A stretch of 63,712 bases of DNA, filler included, from Stramenopiles sp. TOSAG23-2 (Eukaryota): NCBI GenBank assembly GCA_900128395.1. It is 14 parts of 14 records of this genome, joined end to end, with 100 filler letters (N's around TTAATTAATTAA, not from the genome) between each part and the next. Parts side by side here need not be neighbours in the genome. Positions count along the whole stretch, not along the records: positions 43,334 to 48,028 come from LT650834.1; positions 48,129 to 52,822 come from LT650835.1; positions 52,923 to 57,615 come from LT650836.1; positions 57,716 to 62,407 come from LT650837.1; 10 more parts are not named here. One strand, 5' to 3'. The notes below the pieces were generated by a model. It saw only the letters and a program-made list of their open reading frames with translations, was not told the DNA's origin and searched no databases. Of the stretch, positions 47,839 to 61,022 are shown piece by piece (within the stretch, counting starts at the first letter, position 1; every line of letters starts with the position of its first letter). Made by a program: the position numbers and the translations under genes.

Positions 47839-48336
47839 TTCCAAAATAATTATTTAAACATGATTTTAGATAATTTTCCTATCAATTTATACCAACATTG
47901 TATACTATTATAATTATATATCATTAATGATAGAATTAGGTTTAAATTACCGTAACCAGATAGAAAATAGTATTTATAATGGATAATAATGGGAGGATAT
48001 AGTTCCATATTTTAAACATTTTCTAATANNNNNNNNNNNNNNNNNNNNNNNNNNNNNNNNNNNNNNNNNNNNTTAATTAATTAANNNNNNNNNNNNNNNN
48101 NNNNNNNNNNNNNNNNNNNNNNNNNNNNTTTACTACAAAAATTAATAATCAGAAGAAAATGTAGGAGTATATAATCATAATATATGGATGACAAAAGATA
48201 GATAGATATATACCAAGTCAGGAAAGACATTATAATATAGACAATATTTATTATAATATCTACATAATTATAATAGTAGAAATTGTTTATTATATTTTTT
48301 ATAATAATATTTGGTAAATTTAAATACTTACAAAGG

Positions 48337-51300
48337 ATGGATAATAATAATAATAATAATAATAATAAATCAGAAACGCCTTCTACAGATGGAGAAAATA
48401 AACGAGAGAATAATATGGTAGATGGAAAAGAAAGTCCACAACGGATATTGACTAAAAATGCAACGAAGAAATCAATTAACGATCATGACAATATAGATTC
48501 TGATTTAATATTAAAAACTAAAGATATACTTCAATCAAGTAATAAATATGACTATAAAATACTTAGTTTTCTTGGTTCTGGTACATTTGGACAAGTAGTG
48601 AAATGCAAACGAATATCTAATAATAATAATGACGATCTTAAGAAAACATCTTCTTCCTCCACTACAGCTGTTCCAGAGAGTAACATGACTGAGGATGATG
48701 TGAAAATGACAGGAACGAATAATAATAATAATAATAATAATAGTGATGATGATGAAGAATATGTTGCTGTGAAAGTTGTTAAAAGTAAAGATGCATATTT
48801 TCGACAAGCATTAACAGAAATACGGATACTTAAATTTGTAAAAGAAAAAATAGGCGTTAGCAAAGATGGAAATTTAGTTGAAATGTATGATTATTTCAAA
48901 TACAAAGATCATCTGTGTATTGCATTTGAAATGTTAGGAGAAAATTTATATGAATTATTAAAAAATAATCAGTTTCGTGGCTTACCAACGCAAAGTGTAA
49001 GAAAGTATTTAAAGCAAATAATAAATGGTTCAAAAGCATTAAATGATGCAAAAATTATACATTGTGATTTAAAGCCAGAAAATATTTTAATTGTTGGGCC
49101 AAAAGAAGATTTGCGAATTAAAATTATAGATTTAGGTTCAGCATGTTTTGAAGGGCAAACTGTTTATTCATATATACAATCTCGTTTTTACCGCGCACCA
49201 GAGGTTTTATTGCGACTTGCATACGATTCGGCTATTGATATTTGGTCTATTGGATGTATTGCTGCTGAAATTTTTCTTGGATTACCATTGTTTCCAGGCG
49301 TATCGGAACATAGTCAACTTAGTAGGATAATTGATATGTTTGAAACGTACCCACCAGATCATATGTTAAGGCGTGGTCGTGGTACGAATAAATTTTTCAA
49401 ACCTCGTAAATCAAGTGTAAATTCCCCACCAACCAGTCCAAAAAACGATAGCAATAGTCCAGGCGGTAGTCAACAAAAGCGGAAATTGCTATCATCAAAA
49501 GCACGATACTCGATGAAACGAGCACCTGCAGATACTTTATGGCAATTTAAAACACCAGAGGAATACGCAAAAGATTTACAACGTGAATTAGATGAGTACA
49601 AGACATACTTTCGTTATGCTAGATTGCATGATATAATTATGTATTATCCGATGTCACAAGTAGATGCAAATAAAGAGCGCGTTGATCGATTATCATTTAT
49701 TGATATGTTGAATGGATTATTGAATATAGATCATACCGAACGCTGGACTGCAGAACAAGCTATGCAACATCCATTCATCACTGGGGAAACGATGCCAACG
49801 AATGGATTTAAACCACCATCTGATCAAATGTTAGAAAGACGACGACAGGATATGTGTGCTGAATTGAAAACATTGCGCCTTGTAGATAATAGCGGCTCTG
49901 GTAATATGAATGCAAAGAATAGAAATAAGGCTGGTGGCAATAGTGGTGTAAAACATATACGTGGGGGAAGTGATGGTACAAGCTATAATTATAGTCGACC
50001 AGTAAAAATTCGTAAAAATGCTAGACGTGGATCTTTGGAAAATGCTTTAAATAAGCACAAAAACACCACGGGAACAAATGCAATTGAAAACGTTAATGCT
50101 AAACAACGAGGTAACGATGATATTGCTATACCAACATTACCTGCAACTGATTTGACTCCACCAAAACAACGAGTACCGCAATTGACATTAAAGAGTACGA
50201 ACAACTTGAAAGTAATGCAAAAAGGAAGCGATGATTTTGCATCACAAGCGACTATATCGTCTGGATTCTTAGGTACATCATTGCCATCCTCGCAATCATA
50301 CATGAAGGCATTGGGAACGGGGAAACTCGCCAGTAACAACATTAGCAGTAGTAGTGGTGGTGGTGGTAAATTGCCTTCATCTAAAATCTCTTCTAACTAC
50401 AATAGTACAAACGTGTCTTTGTCATCAAGTTATCCGTATGCCTTCCAAATGAGCGAGCGTCCTAATTTTGCTGCACAACAACAGCAACAAGCACAACAGC
50501 AATTGCAATCACAAAATGATGGAATGTTTAATATGAATATTGAAAATGTTCGTATCGATGATCACGATTTAGAAGGTGGTATGGCTAATTCGCCAAGACA
50601 ACAAGAACACAACAAGAACAAGAACAACAACAACAAGATGTGAAATTGCTTACTCCACAACGATTGCGTCGTGCACAACTTGCCGTTGGAGAGCTTCATC
50701 AACCAGTTCAAAATTCTGGTCGCCCATTTCAGTTTCTTCCATATCAACAATCGACAGGACAAGGAAATGGTGGATTTAGCAATAATAATAATACCAATAA
50801 TAATAACAACAATAGTGGGCTATCACAATCATATGGTGGTTGGGCAAGTGGAAATTTCAATGGCGCACAATCTTGGGGCGGTGTATCAGGTGGGGGTTTT
50901 ATTCAACCTCCTACGTTCCAACATGGACCCCACAGTGGAAAGAACAACCAAGAAGCACCTGCGAATTTAGGCCAGAGCAATAATAACAATATGGCAATGA
51001 TGGAAGATACTGGAAACAATAATATGATGGGTGGTCTACCAATTAAGAAACGACAATCGTTAATGGGTGACGATAATAATAATAATAATAATGATAATAA
51101 TAACAATAGTGGGAATAACAGTTCGTCATTTTCAAACGGTATGTTCAATTTTTATGGACACGTTGGCTCAGCACCAGCAACAACTCAACAGTATTTTCCT
51201 AATTTTTCACCAACAAATGGAAGTAATAATGCATTTGCATTTGTAGGCGGTGGTGGAAATCAACAAGATTTGTCTCCTAAATCTCCACATTTATCTCCGA

Positions 51301-51494
51301 GAGGACCATTTTTAGGTGAAACTTCTCCGCTGTACGAAGAGGATGATGATCAATTTGATCTTGAAATGGATATGGGATTTGGAAGTAGTAACGATGATAA
51401 TTTTACAGGTGGAAATCGCACTACTTCTGATTCTTTGGGGACGGCAATGAATATTCCAATACCAGTCAAGAAGAAAAGTGAGGATGAGAAGTAA
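48337..51494 (+). CDS. YAK1/DYRK-family dual-specificity protein kinase, with a frameshift near 50608 joining ORFs 48283..50643 and 50640..51494
   Basis: LGSGTFGQVVKC, VAVKVVK, HCDLKPENIL, DLGSAC and YSYIQSRFYRAPE (YxY activation loop). The low-complexity tail continues in the second ORF. Confidence 0.9.
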
Positions 51495-52268
51495 AAATAT
51501 TTAGGTGCTGTATGATATGATTACGTGTATATCATATCATATCAAATACGAATTATAATATTTAAAGTGTAAAAAAGAGGTACTCGTAAAAAAAATACGA
51601 GTATCATATTTTTAATATTTTATGTAATGGTATAGAGTGTGTCTAACTTTTATATATTATATGATTAATTCAAAATATCTTTTCCTCCTCTGAGCAACTG
51701 CTCGCGTACATTTTCCCCCTTTTTAAATATTTTCTCCTCCAATTTACTAATCAAGTACTTCGTACTTCGTAAAGACTTTTGAATTCACAGGAAATGCGTA
51801 ATACGATCTCGAGAATAACCCCAACTACAAATACAGTTACATTTTATTAACAACAGACGCGGTTGAAATTACAACACTGCATTGTGTATACCACCATCAA
51901 TCTTTCGTAACTGTTAACAGTACAATTTCCCAATACCACACTAATCTTCGTCACATACATCTCATAAATATAAACTTTCATACAAATGTACTGTTTCCGC
52001 ATGTGTTTTTTTGGATGCTTTTACATATGATTGAATCTCCATCATCTTCATATGTAAATAATACATGGTAAGGTGAACCTAAAGGCTTTGGAGCGGGATA
52101 TTTACTAGAGCTATAGTTCTTACTAAGAACTAACACAGCATATTATATCAAAAATAATAATTAATCGTGTGTGATGTGATGAAAAAAAGAGACACAAAAA
52201 AAATAAAATTTTATTATAAAATATAAACAATGAATAGACGACAAGAATAGAAATAATCAAGAACACAT

Positions 52269-52822
52269 GTGAATTTAATCAAAACCTTTACTAACATATA
52301 TATACATGCATTCAAAAATATACCACCGAATACTTGTAAATACGATGAGGAGGATAGTTTATTTTATAACTTTTTTAGCTGCAGACCATGCGATAAAACA
52401 TCACCTGCATCGTGTTTTGGATCGTTGAAATATCAATCACAACAAGCATATACTAATTGGGCAACAAGTGCATACGGTGCGTTATGTATCGTTGATTTGT
52501 TTGGTTTCATCGCAATACTTGCCTTGAAAAAATCATTGAATCGATTTAAGCGTGAAAGTTTAAATCGAAGCAGACCTATAATTATCGATGCTAAAAATAA
52601 ATTTAAAGAATTACTAGCAGAGCAAAAAGATATTGTGCCATCAAGTACATTTAAAAAATCTCAAGCAGCAAATAGTAAAGATACGTGGCAAGATAAAATA
52701 CGATTTGATAGACGATACGATCCATTGTTTAAGACTGGTCAAAAGATAGGTAGAAAAATATTATCAGATAAAGATCGTGAAAATATATTTAATGATCATA
52801 TTGAGAAATTAATAAAGGATCG
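52269..52822 (+). CDS. Partial protein with a TM segment followed by an FF-like domain
   Basis: TM ALCIVDLFGFIAILAL, then AKNKFKELLAE..TW..IRFDRRY..DRENIFNDHIEKL (FF consensus). The start is unclear and the ORF runs into the linker. Confidence 0.6.
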
Positions 52823-53861
52823 NNNNNNNNNNNNNNNNNNNNNNNNNNNNNNNNNNNNNNNNNNNNTTAATTAATTAANNNNNNNNNNNNNNNNNNNNNN
52901 NNNNNNNNNNNNNNNNNNNNNNTTCGGAGTCTAAGAAATCGTACCACTCCGTTCCTGAAGTCGGTTGCATTGGGGCAGGAGAGAAGGGTCGAAAAAAATG
53001 TCAAAAAAAAATTTTCCGCGTTGTGCCACATATATCAGGAGAGGATAGCATGTCCCACAGTTATGTGGTGAATGAACAATTTTTTCCACAAAAATAGCGT
53101 TTTTTTGTAAATCGGGATGATAGAGAAAATGTGTTTTACATACTTAAATCGGCGAAAATTAATATATTTTTGCTTTGTTATTAGTGTTAAAAAAAGTTGT
53201 TTATATTTTTACCGAGGATTTGGTACTAAACGTAAGAAAACTTTAATTATAAATAGTGTTATTTTTTAATTAAGGGGACATAAGAAAACATAGAAGAAAG
53301 TGGATAGAAATTAGAAAAAATACCAAGATATTGAAATAACCGCAACAATTGGCAAAAAATTACAAGAAACCGTGGATTTTGTAAATTAAGTAACAATAAT
53401 TTAATAGTGAATAGTGTATTTTTAATATTTAAGGATACCAGACGATTTAGAACACAGCTGATAGAAATTAGAACAAGTATTTATATGAATAACAACATAA
53501 AATTAATGTACGACGCCGGCCACCCAAAATGATTGCAATTACTTCCTCCTTATTTCGAACATTTGCCGGCGGCGTTAGCCCCTAGTATCCTTAATTAGAT
53601 TAATAGCAATATTTACATTGCACCATTCTTCTTCTGAATTTAAAAAAGCACAAATGTGCAAATAGAACAAACAACTATAACAACAAAATAAAAAAGCACA
53701 AGCATAACAAAGTCACAGCCATATATTTAAATACTAAATCAAAAAGTTATATACAAATCCAACTGTATTACAATATACCACTTACTTTAAAAAACAAGAA
53801 AAGATCCAGATCACACATACATAAATATATATTAATACAAATAAAACATCTTATTGATAAA

Positions 53862-54734
53862 ATGGCATCTCCATCATCAATTCTTTCCCCTGTATGCACA
53901 ATTGTTGGTGGAACAAAAGGAATTGGTTTAGCAATGGCAAAAGAATGGATAAAAAAGCAAAAACAAATTAGAAACGATATAATGCCAAAAATTTATTTAT
54001 TAGGGCGATCGATCAATGTAAAAGAAAACAAACCATTAGACACATTTATGAAAATGGAATACAATGAAGCGATTGTAAAACCTGTACATATTGATTTAAC
54101 AGAACCTGAAAGTATCGAATCAACTTGTAAATATGTTTGTAATGATACAGAAACATTAGATTATCTATTTCATACTGCTGGTATGTTGCATAATATCGAT
54201 AATAATACTGGAAAACAGATGTTAAACAAACCACGATTACCAGAACGATCGTTAAAAGGATTAAGTTATGATGGAATGTTACAAACGTTTCAATTAAATA
54301 CAATCGCACCAGGATTAGTCATTAAAGGATTTTCTGATATATTGAAAAAAAGTCATCGTAATGGATATCGTTCATTGGAACAAAATTTACCACCGGTTGT
54401 AGCAGCATTATCAGCTCGGGTTGGTTCAATAAGTGATAATGGCAAAGGTGGTTGGACAAGTTATAGAGCATCTAAAGCTGCGTTGAATATGATATTATTA
54501 AATGCGCATATAGAATTTGGCATGGGTCCAGAACAGAAAGTGATTGTCATGTCTTTGCATCCGGGGACTGTAGATACTGGCCTTAGTCAACCATTTCAAC
54601 AAATTGCAGCAAAGCAATATGAAATATTTACCCCAGAACATAGTGCATCTATGTTGGTTGATTTATGTTTAAAATCCGATGAAACATATAGTGGTAATTT
54701 TTATGCATATGATGGTTCAAGGATACCATATTAA
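53862..54734 (+). CDS. Short-chain dehydrogenase/reductase, CsgA/C-factor-like subfamily
   Basis: VGGTKGIG, LPERSL, LSARVGSISDN..GGWTSYRASKAALN and LHPGTVDTGLS. Confidence 0.93.
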   Translation: MASPSSILSPVCTIVGGTKGIGLAMAKEWIKKQKQIRNDIMPKIYLLGRSINVKENKPLDTFMKMEYNEAIVKPVHIDLTEPESIESTCKYVCNDTETLDYLFHTAGMLHNIDNNTGKQMLNKPRLPERSLKGLSYDGMLQTFQLNTIAPGLVIKGFSDILKKSHRNGYRSLEQNLPPVVAALSARVGSISDNGKGGWTSYRASKAALNMILLNAHIEFGMGPEQKVIVMSLHPGTVDTGLSQPFQQIAAKQYEIFTPEHSASMLVDLCLKSDETYSGNFYAYDGSRIPY

Positions 54735-55765
54735 AAAAAATATACACACATATTCCTCCTGTTTTTAATGAAAGGGATAAATTGCAGAATGATATTTTAT
54801 TAAATTTTATTTTATTCATTCATATACGAATGTTCAACGAGGCGTAAGGAAGGAAGGAGATATATAATAGAAACCCGCTTGTGCTACGAGTAGTAGAGTA
54901 TTAGAGTACAAAGTTTGTACGTGTTACAGTGTAAAAAACGTGCATGCATTAGAGCTTCTATTAAATATATACAAGTCGCTGAAAACAAATGTGCAAAGAT
55001 CTCGAACAAAGCCGAGGTAAGGGAGCTCGCAGCTTCCAATTGGATTTCTACTACGTGTAGAGATATACAAAGCGCGATTATTAAAACTTGCGCTTATAAT
55101 AATCGTTTTGCTTTAAAATGTGCATTTGGCGAGTCGTATAATGACTTGTACCCCGGTACAATTTATTCTCCGCCTTCAACTATGATGTCCGTTTTTCATC
55201 AACTGCAAGTTGATACCATCTATTGACCTTCGCTGGTATTCTCTATTATGAGAATATCAACACACTAGTGTGAGGTAGATATTTAAAATTCTGATATTAT
55301 ATATTATTGTCTCCAGTTATTGTATTCTTTTTGAAGAATAGGAATTATCACGAGTAAATTAATAAAAAAAATTAAATATTATATTTCTTATAATATGCGT
55401 ATAAATTAAAATTACTTTTTAGGATATATATATATAACATATGAGTAAGAGAAAAACACATATATATGGTTACTCGTGATGAGATATATATAAATAATTT
55501 CCTAATGTTTATACGTACCAGTATCATATAATAAATAAGTATTTATAAAAATCATTTTTGATTTGAGATGTTAATGAACGGGAGTAAAAGAAATTTATAT
55601 AATATATGAGTAAGAGAACATTTTATATATGGTTACTTAAATTAAATTATTACGGCTCGTAAAATATATATATATATAATATTCAATACTCGTACTTCTT
55701 AAAAGGACTGCTGAAAATATTTTGATTTGCCATTTCCGCGAAGACTTCCTGCTTCCTGTGATTTC

Positions 55766-57115
55766 TCATTTTTTTTGTTCTGTTGCTGTTATTAAATTAT
55801 TATGATTGCTTTTTTTACATTCATTTCCATTATTATTATTTTCATCAAAAAACGTTAATACTCGTTCAAACTTAGTTGCAACAATTTCATGTTGATTGTA
55901 TAGTACATTTAATTCTTCACTTAATGCTATAGTTACTGCATCTATTTTTTCATCTTTTGTTAATATATTCAACAAATTCGTATCAATATAAAAGGACTTT
56001 ATTCTACTTTCTACTTCATTATTCTTATCATTCTTCTTATTATTATTTATAATAATATGACCATCATCAACAGTTTGTAAATTTAATTTATTAGGTTCAT
56101 ATTCTGATAATAAATGTTTATGAATACGTGGATTATCTTTCAATACATAATGACTTGTTAAAGATGATGAAGTAGACGGATCATCATCATTAACATTATC
56201 GTTTTTTTTCTCAAAATTGTTTTCTACATCCGATTTTAATAAAGGAACTTGAGCTAACATACCAGTATTTTTTAATGTATGAAATATATTTGTTGATGTT
56301 ATCATATCAATACCTTTAATTTTATTAGAAAAATACTTTTCATTTAGTATTGGTTTCTCTATGGATATTAGTTCCAATTTTGTTGTCTTTTTTTTTAGGA
56401 CGAGTGGCATCATATGTTTAGAAAATCTAAACATTGCTAAATCATCTTTCATAAATGTATAAATAGCAGCAGGTGCAGCAATTTCTGGTTTGACAGGGGA
56501 TATTTGAATATTCACAGCACAAAATGGCAATGGTGATGTTGTTAACTCGGTCATCATAGCACCACCAGAAGATGCACCAAAGCCATATAATGGGTATTTC
56601 TGTAAATTTAAGTCCTTACGGATATTATTGATTAATTTAATTAAGGGCAAACGTTCTTCCTTTAAATTCCAACAACCACGCTCATCATCTTTTGTAATAG
56701 CTGCGATGGAAAGACCATTTTTTAATGCTTTTTTGACAATGATTAAACCCTCAGGGGAATAAAAAAATGATGCTGCTAAGCGACTACAACCATGTAATAA
56801 AACTAATAACCCTTTTTCTTTTTTACAATTTTTAATAACGAAAATATTTCGACCATTATCTTTTTCTATACGTTTTATTGGTGACAATGGTTCTTGTTCA
56901 TTATTATTATTAGTTTCTACAGACCAGCAATTTTGATTATTGTTTGTTTTAGAATTGCTAGAAAGGGCTGACATATAATTATTTGAAGACAACATGCCAG
57001 TTTTTTTAAAGACGAAAAGAATAAATAGTAACATACTAACTGTTGCAAACATCATATTAATTTTTAAATCGTTCCGAGTTTTTCTTCTCGGTGTCCTAGA
57101 TGGATATCCATGCAT
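55766..57115 (-). CDS. Membrane-anchored alpha/beta-hydrolase-fold protein
   Basis: N-terminal TM anchor, LLVLLHGCS, nucleophile elbow GASSGG, and a late His (QHE). Confidence 0.78.
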   Translation of the reverse strand: MHGYPSRTPRRKTRNDLKINMMFATVSMLLFILFVFKKTGMLSSNNYMSALSSNSKTNNNQNCWSVETNNNNEQEPLSPIKRIEKDNGRNIFVIKNCKKEKGLLVLLHGCSRLAASFFYSPEGLIIVKKALKNGLSIAAITKDDERGCWNLKEERLPLIKLINNIRKDLNLQKYPLYGFGASSGGAMMTELTTSPLPFCAVNIQISPVKPEIAAPAAIYTFMKDDLAMFRFSKHMMPLVLKKKTTKLELISIEKPILNEKYFSNKIKGIDMITSTNIFHTLKNTGMLAQVPLLKSDVENNFEKKNDNVNDDDPSTSSSLTSHYVLKDNPRIHKHLLSEYEPNKLNLQTVDDGHIIINNNKKNDKNNEVESRIKSFYIDTNLLNILTKDEKIDAVTIALSEELNVLYNQHEIVATKFERVLTFFDENNNNGNECKKSNHNNLITATEQKK

Positions 57116-57245
57116 GGTGTTTTATTGTCTGGTATAATATGTTTACGAGTATTATGTATATATTGTATCATTATATACATACTCATCCGTATAATATTTC
57201 AATAATTATTGAAATATTGAAATAATATATATTCCGTATATACAA

Positions 57246-57311
57246 CTGGCATTCTGGCATTCCAGCATTCTGGCATTCCAGCATTCTGGCATTCCAGGCA
57301 TTCCAGCATTC
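57246..57311. repeat. 8-bp-period array in which CATT alternates with CTGG or its reverse complement CCAG
   Basis: CTGGCATT CTGGCATT CCAGCATT CTGGCATT CCAGCATT CTGGCATT CCAGGCATT CCAGCATT. Confidence 0.95.
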
Positions 57312-57715
57312 CTATCATTTACCTTAATAAAATAATATTGATTAATTTAAATTCGTTTAATTCATTTCATCAAAATAAGGATCTTGTATATTTGCTCACC
57401 ACTTTTCGGCCCTTTTCTCGCCCAAAAATTGGTTGTTTTTTTTAAATTTTTCCTGCCAAGTCCATAGTGTAAGGCATTCCCAGCTGGCCCAGTCAAACGA
57501 TACTTTAGCATGGGAATAGCATTGAGGTCCAAAATAAAGTATCGTTCTGTATCGTTCTCTCATGCTGTGTCCATGCTAGATAAAAGATGAAAAAATGAGA
57601 TTTATAGTTCGATAANNNNNNNNNNNNNNNNNNNNNNNNNNNNNNNNNNNNNNNNNNNNTTAATTAATTAANNNNNNNNNNNNNNNNNNNNNNNNNNNNN
57701 NNNNNNNNNNNNNNN

Positions 57716-57834
57716 AAGCCAGCTGGTAAAACTAATATACCAATTTCAATAGGTTCCGCACGTTCTTCTTCCAACGCTTCAATCGTTGATTGTTTCAACC
57801 TTTTCGCCGGTGGCTCAGTAGTTAATGACGCCAT
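57716..57834 (-). CDS. 5' fragment of a gene cut by the contig end
   Basis: MASLTTEPPAKRLKQSTIEALEEERAEPIEIGILVLPAG.. open into the linker, with an NLS-like PPAKRLK. Confidence 0.55.
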
Positions 57835-57972
57835 CTTGTGTTTATATATAACGATGGTGGTTAAAATCTAAGTTATAATAATTTTAATTCCCGTGTTAAA
57901 TACTACGCTCAATTTATTATATATATATATATGTTATATATTTTCTCTTCACACTATCTATCTATCTTTTAC

Positions 57973-58008
<36 letters not shown>

Positions 58009-58320
58009 TTTATTCATTCAAATTCATCGTTCCTGGCGTTCAAAGGGGAAGAAAATTGAATGAAAATGATGAAGAAAATTGATTGATGATTGGAAGAAAA
58101 GACGTCATCAACGACGTGCCTGAAGAAAGGGAAAGAGAGTGGTGGTTTTAACCTGGACACAAAAATCTTTTAACCAAACATTCTTCGTCTATCTCTTTAG
58201 AAAATCGTTTTAAAACAACCCCACGGAGAAACGTTCTCTCCACACTCCCACTTCTCACACAACCACATAACAAGAGATCCCCCCCCTTCTTTCTATTATA
58301 CTCTCATCAATATACTACAC

Positions 58321-59898
58321 TCATTTTTTCTTCCTTCGTTTTTTATTTTTATTATTATTATTGGAAATTGTAGAACTACCGCTACTATTATTATTAGAGT
58401 TACTACTACTACGTTTACGATTTGTTGATGATGTTGTCGTAGGTGTCGATAATGATGATGATGGTGTATTATTATTTTCATTTATCTTTTTTTTAACAAT
58501 AACGATTTGATCGTCCATCTTAGATGATCCAGATCCCCCATCGTCATCACCACCACTACGATTATTTAAATTTGCAATGATACCACTCATACCTTCTTTT
58601 TTAGCAAATTTTTGAATTTCTTGTTGTGTTTTATGAAATATATCACTTACACGTTCATTTTTTTTATTTAATATTTCATCTATATTTTTAACTTTACCAG
58701 TAATCAATGTATATTCATTAAATGAACGTCCACTTGTCTTATTCGTTTTTTTATCATTTGTATTTTTATATGATCGAACGATGGACATTTTCGTAGTTGG
58801 ATCTGTTTTAAATAAATATTCTTCCCCATTATCAAGTTTAATTGATTTTTCCTTTGCATTAATTTGTAAAATAATAGCACGACGTACTGCTTGTTTCGAA
58901 CCGGCAATATCAGTTAATGTATTATTATATGTAATATGATCACCAGCATGTAATGTTATTTTCTTTTTCGATATATTTGTAGTAGCATTGTTCACTTGTC
59001 GTCTTGCACCACGTTGACTACTTATTAAATTACCTTGTGAATTTTCTTCAAATTTAAATTGCAATTCTTCTTGTGTCAATTCAATTTGATTCATTTGTGA
59101 ATTATTTTCTTTTTTAATATATTCATATACTTGATGTATTTCTTTTAATCCTTGTTCATATTGTACAATTTGTTTATTTTTGCCTTTTTGAAATGCCTTT
59201 TTATATACTTTATTATCTTTCGTTTGCTCTTGCAATATGTTCTGCACATGTATATCCTCCGGATCATATAATATGCAATCATCTTTATCTACATATTTAA
59301 AACCATCTTTACTTGGTTGTTTTAAACCTAAACGCCATACATTTCTTGTTTGTGGGTCATGAAATTGATTTTCATCAATATCAGGTAAAAAAATATATTT
59401 CTGTGGAATCACTGCACATGGATAATACATTTTCTTTGAATTGGTACCTTTAATATGCATTACTTTTTTACATAAATATAAATCGTTTAATTTATATAAA
59501 TGTGCAAAGTTTAATATATCAAATTTTTTTTCTTTGCTTTTTTTCTTGTTGTTGTTTGTTGTTTTGGATTTCTTTTTCTTTTTGTTATTATTATCTTCTT
59601 CTTCTTCTTCATTATTTTTATTATTTCCACCATTCTTTTTCTTACTTTTTGATAAAATTTCTTCTTTCTTTTTCTTCGCTCGTTCTATGACTTTTTCTTT
59701 CTCTTTCCTGGCATATTCTTCCCAATATTTCTCATGCTCTATCTTTTCCAATTTACGTTTTTCCTCTAAACGTTTTTTTTCTTCCTTTGTAAGTTTTTTA
59801 TCTGTACTAGTTGTTTCAACTGCACCATTATATTTTTCTGGATTTTTATCACGATCAAAATTAAATAATTCATCATCACTATCATCATCCATCATCAT
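58321..59898 (-). CDS. Lys/Asn-rich hypothetical nuclear protein
   Basis: 525-aa ORF with basic NLS-like tracts. A weak PWWP/Tudor-like stretch (YYPCAVIP) is not certain. Confidence 0.75.
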   Translation of the reverse strand: MMMDDDSDDELFNFDRDKNPEKYNGAVETTSTDKKLTKEEKKRLEEKRKLEKIEHEKYWEEYARKEKEKVIERAKKKKEEILSKSKKKNGGNNKNNEEEEEDNNNKKKKKSKTTNNNKKKSKEKKFDILNFAHLYKLNDLYLCKKVMHIKGTNSKKMYYPCAVIPQKYIFLPDIDENQFHDPQTRNVWRLGLKQPSKDGFKYVDKDDCILYDPEDIHVQNILQEQTKDNKVYKKAFQKGKNKQIVQYEQGLKEIHQVYEYIKKENNSQMNQIELTQEELQFKFEENSQGNLISSQRGARRQVNNATTNISKKKITLHAGDHITYNNTLTDIAGSKQAVRRAIILQINAKEKSIKLDNGEEYLFKTDPTTKMSIVRSYKNTNDKKTNKTSGRSFNEYTLITGKVKNIDEILNKKNERVSDIFHKTQQEIQKFAKKEGMSGIIANLNNRSGGDDDGGSGSSKMDDQIVIVKKKINENNNTPSSSLSTPTTTSSTNRKRSSSNSNNNSSGSSTISNNNNKNKKRRKKK

Positions 59899-61022
59899 TT
59901 TTTTTTTCTTTTTAGCGTTTCGTTCAATTGCAATGAAATGTATACAATGTTGTAAATACTAAGAAATACGTCCACGTTATATGATGTTGAAATTGTTTTT
60001 CATGCAGTCGTCTGACATTGATTTGTTCCGTCTTAGTTATATGGTATATATATATTTGAATTTAGGAGGTAGTTTTGTTTGAATTTAAACCGGTTTGTCA
60101 GCTTTAAGTACGTGTATTGGTATACTTAATGAAGTGTAATGGTCCTATCACAGATCTGGAAAAAATATTTCATGCTATAATTATATACCCATGCTAATAT
60201 CGGATATAAATATGGATAGAAGTCTATTATGTAGTTTTTTTTGTCATTTTCGGTCAGGTAGTTCACAGTGCTGTGTAGTGCTATATAATGAATGCGATTT
60301 AAAATTTGGTCCCTCGAATTAGCCATATCTCTCCTTGTATTTCCATGCTGTTGTACTACCAGCGAAATACAATTGAGACCATTTGGGAATATTGATGTCG
60401 GAAGATCGATTACCAATGCTATATGCACCTTATATAGTCGTCTACCTCTATACTGTACATATTAGTCTATCTTCTATCTCCTATATCTCTAATCTCTACA
60501 TCTACATTCTACATGTACACTGTACATATTAGTCTATGTACTTTGTATAGGATATATATGTGTTCCCTTGACTTGCCACTTTGTTAGGTTTAGAAGGTAA
60601 ATACAATGGGAAGACCAAAAGGAGGATTTCATCGTCATTCTTCCTCGCTTAGCTAATCCCTTAATGGCACGTCTCCCTCAGGTCCCCTCCTTAAATTATT
60701 ACCATACGCATGCTAATGCATGCATAAAGATTCATTCGATCGAAGGAATTAAAAAACAATTGAATTGCGAAATTGGAGAAAGGAAGGACAAATGTATACT
60801 TTATTATATATGAGATACAATTTAATAAGACGTGTTATTAAAACGTTCCATATTGTAATCGTGGTGTGCTACTTATAGTTGGCATTTATAGTTGTTAACT
60901 TAGGAAAGGCTATCTTTATATATATATTCTCTGTTTCATATAATAATAATTATTATTAATTAACAATTTCAACAATTTCATAATTATCGTATATATTTAT
61001 TTAAAAAAAAAACAAAAAAAAA

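Noticed and set aside
51845-52105. Minus-strand Cys/His-containing frame (KYPAPKPLGSPYHVLF..)
   Set aside because: No start or convincing domain. It may be a degenerate remnant.
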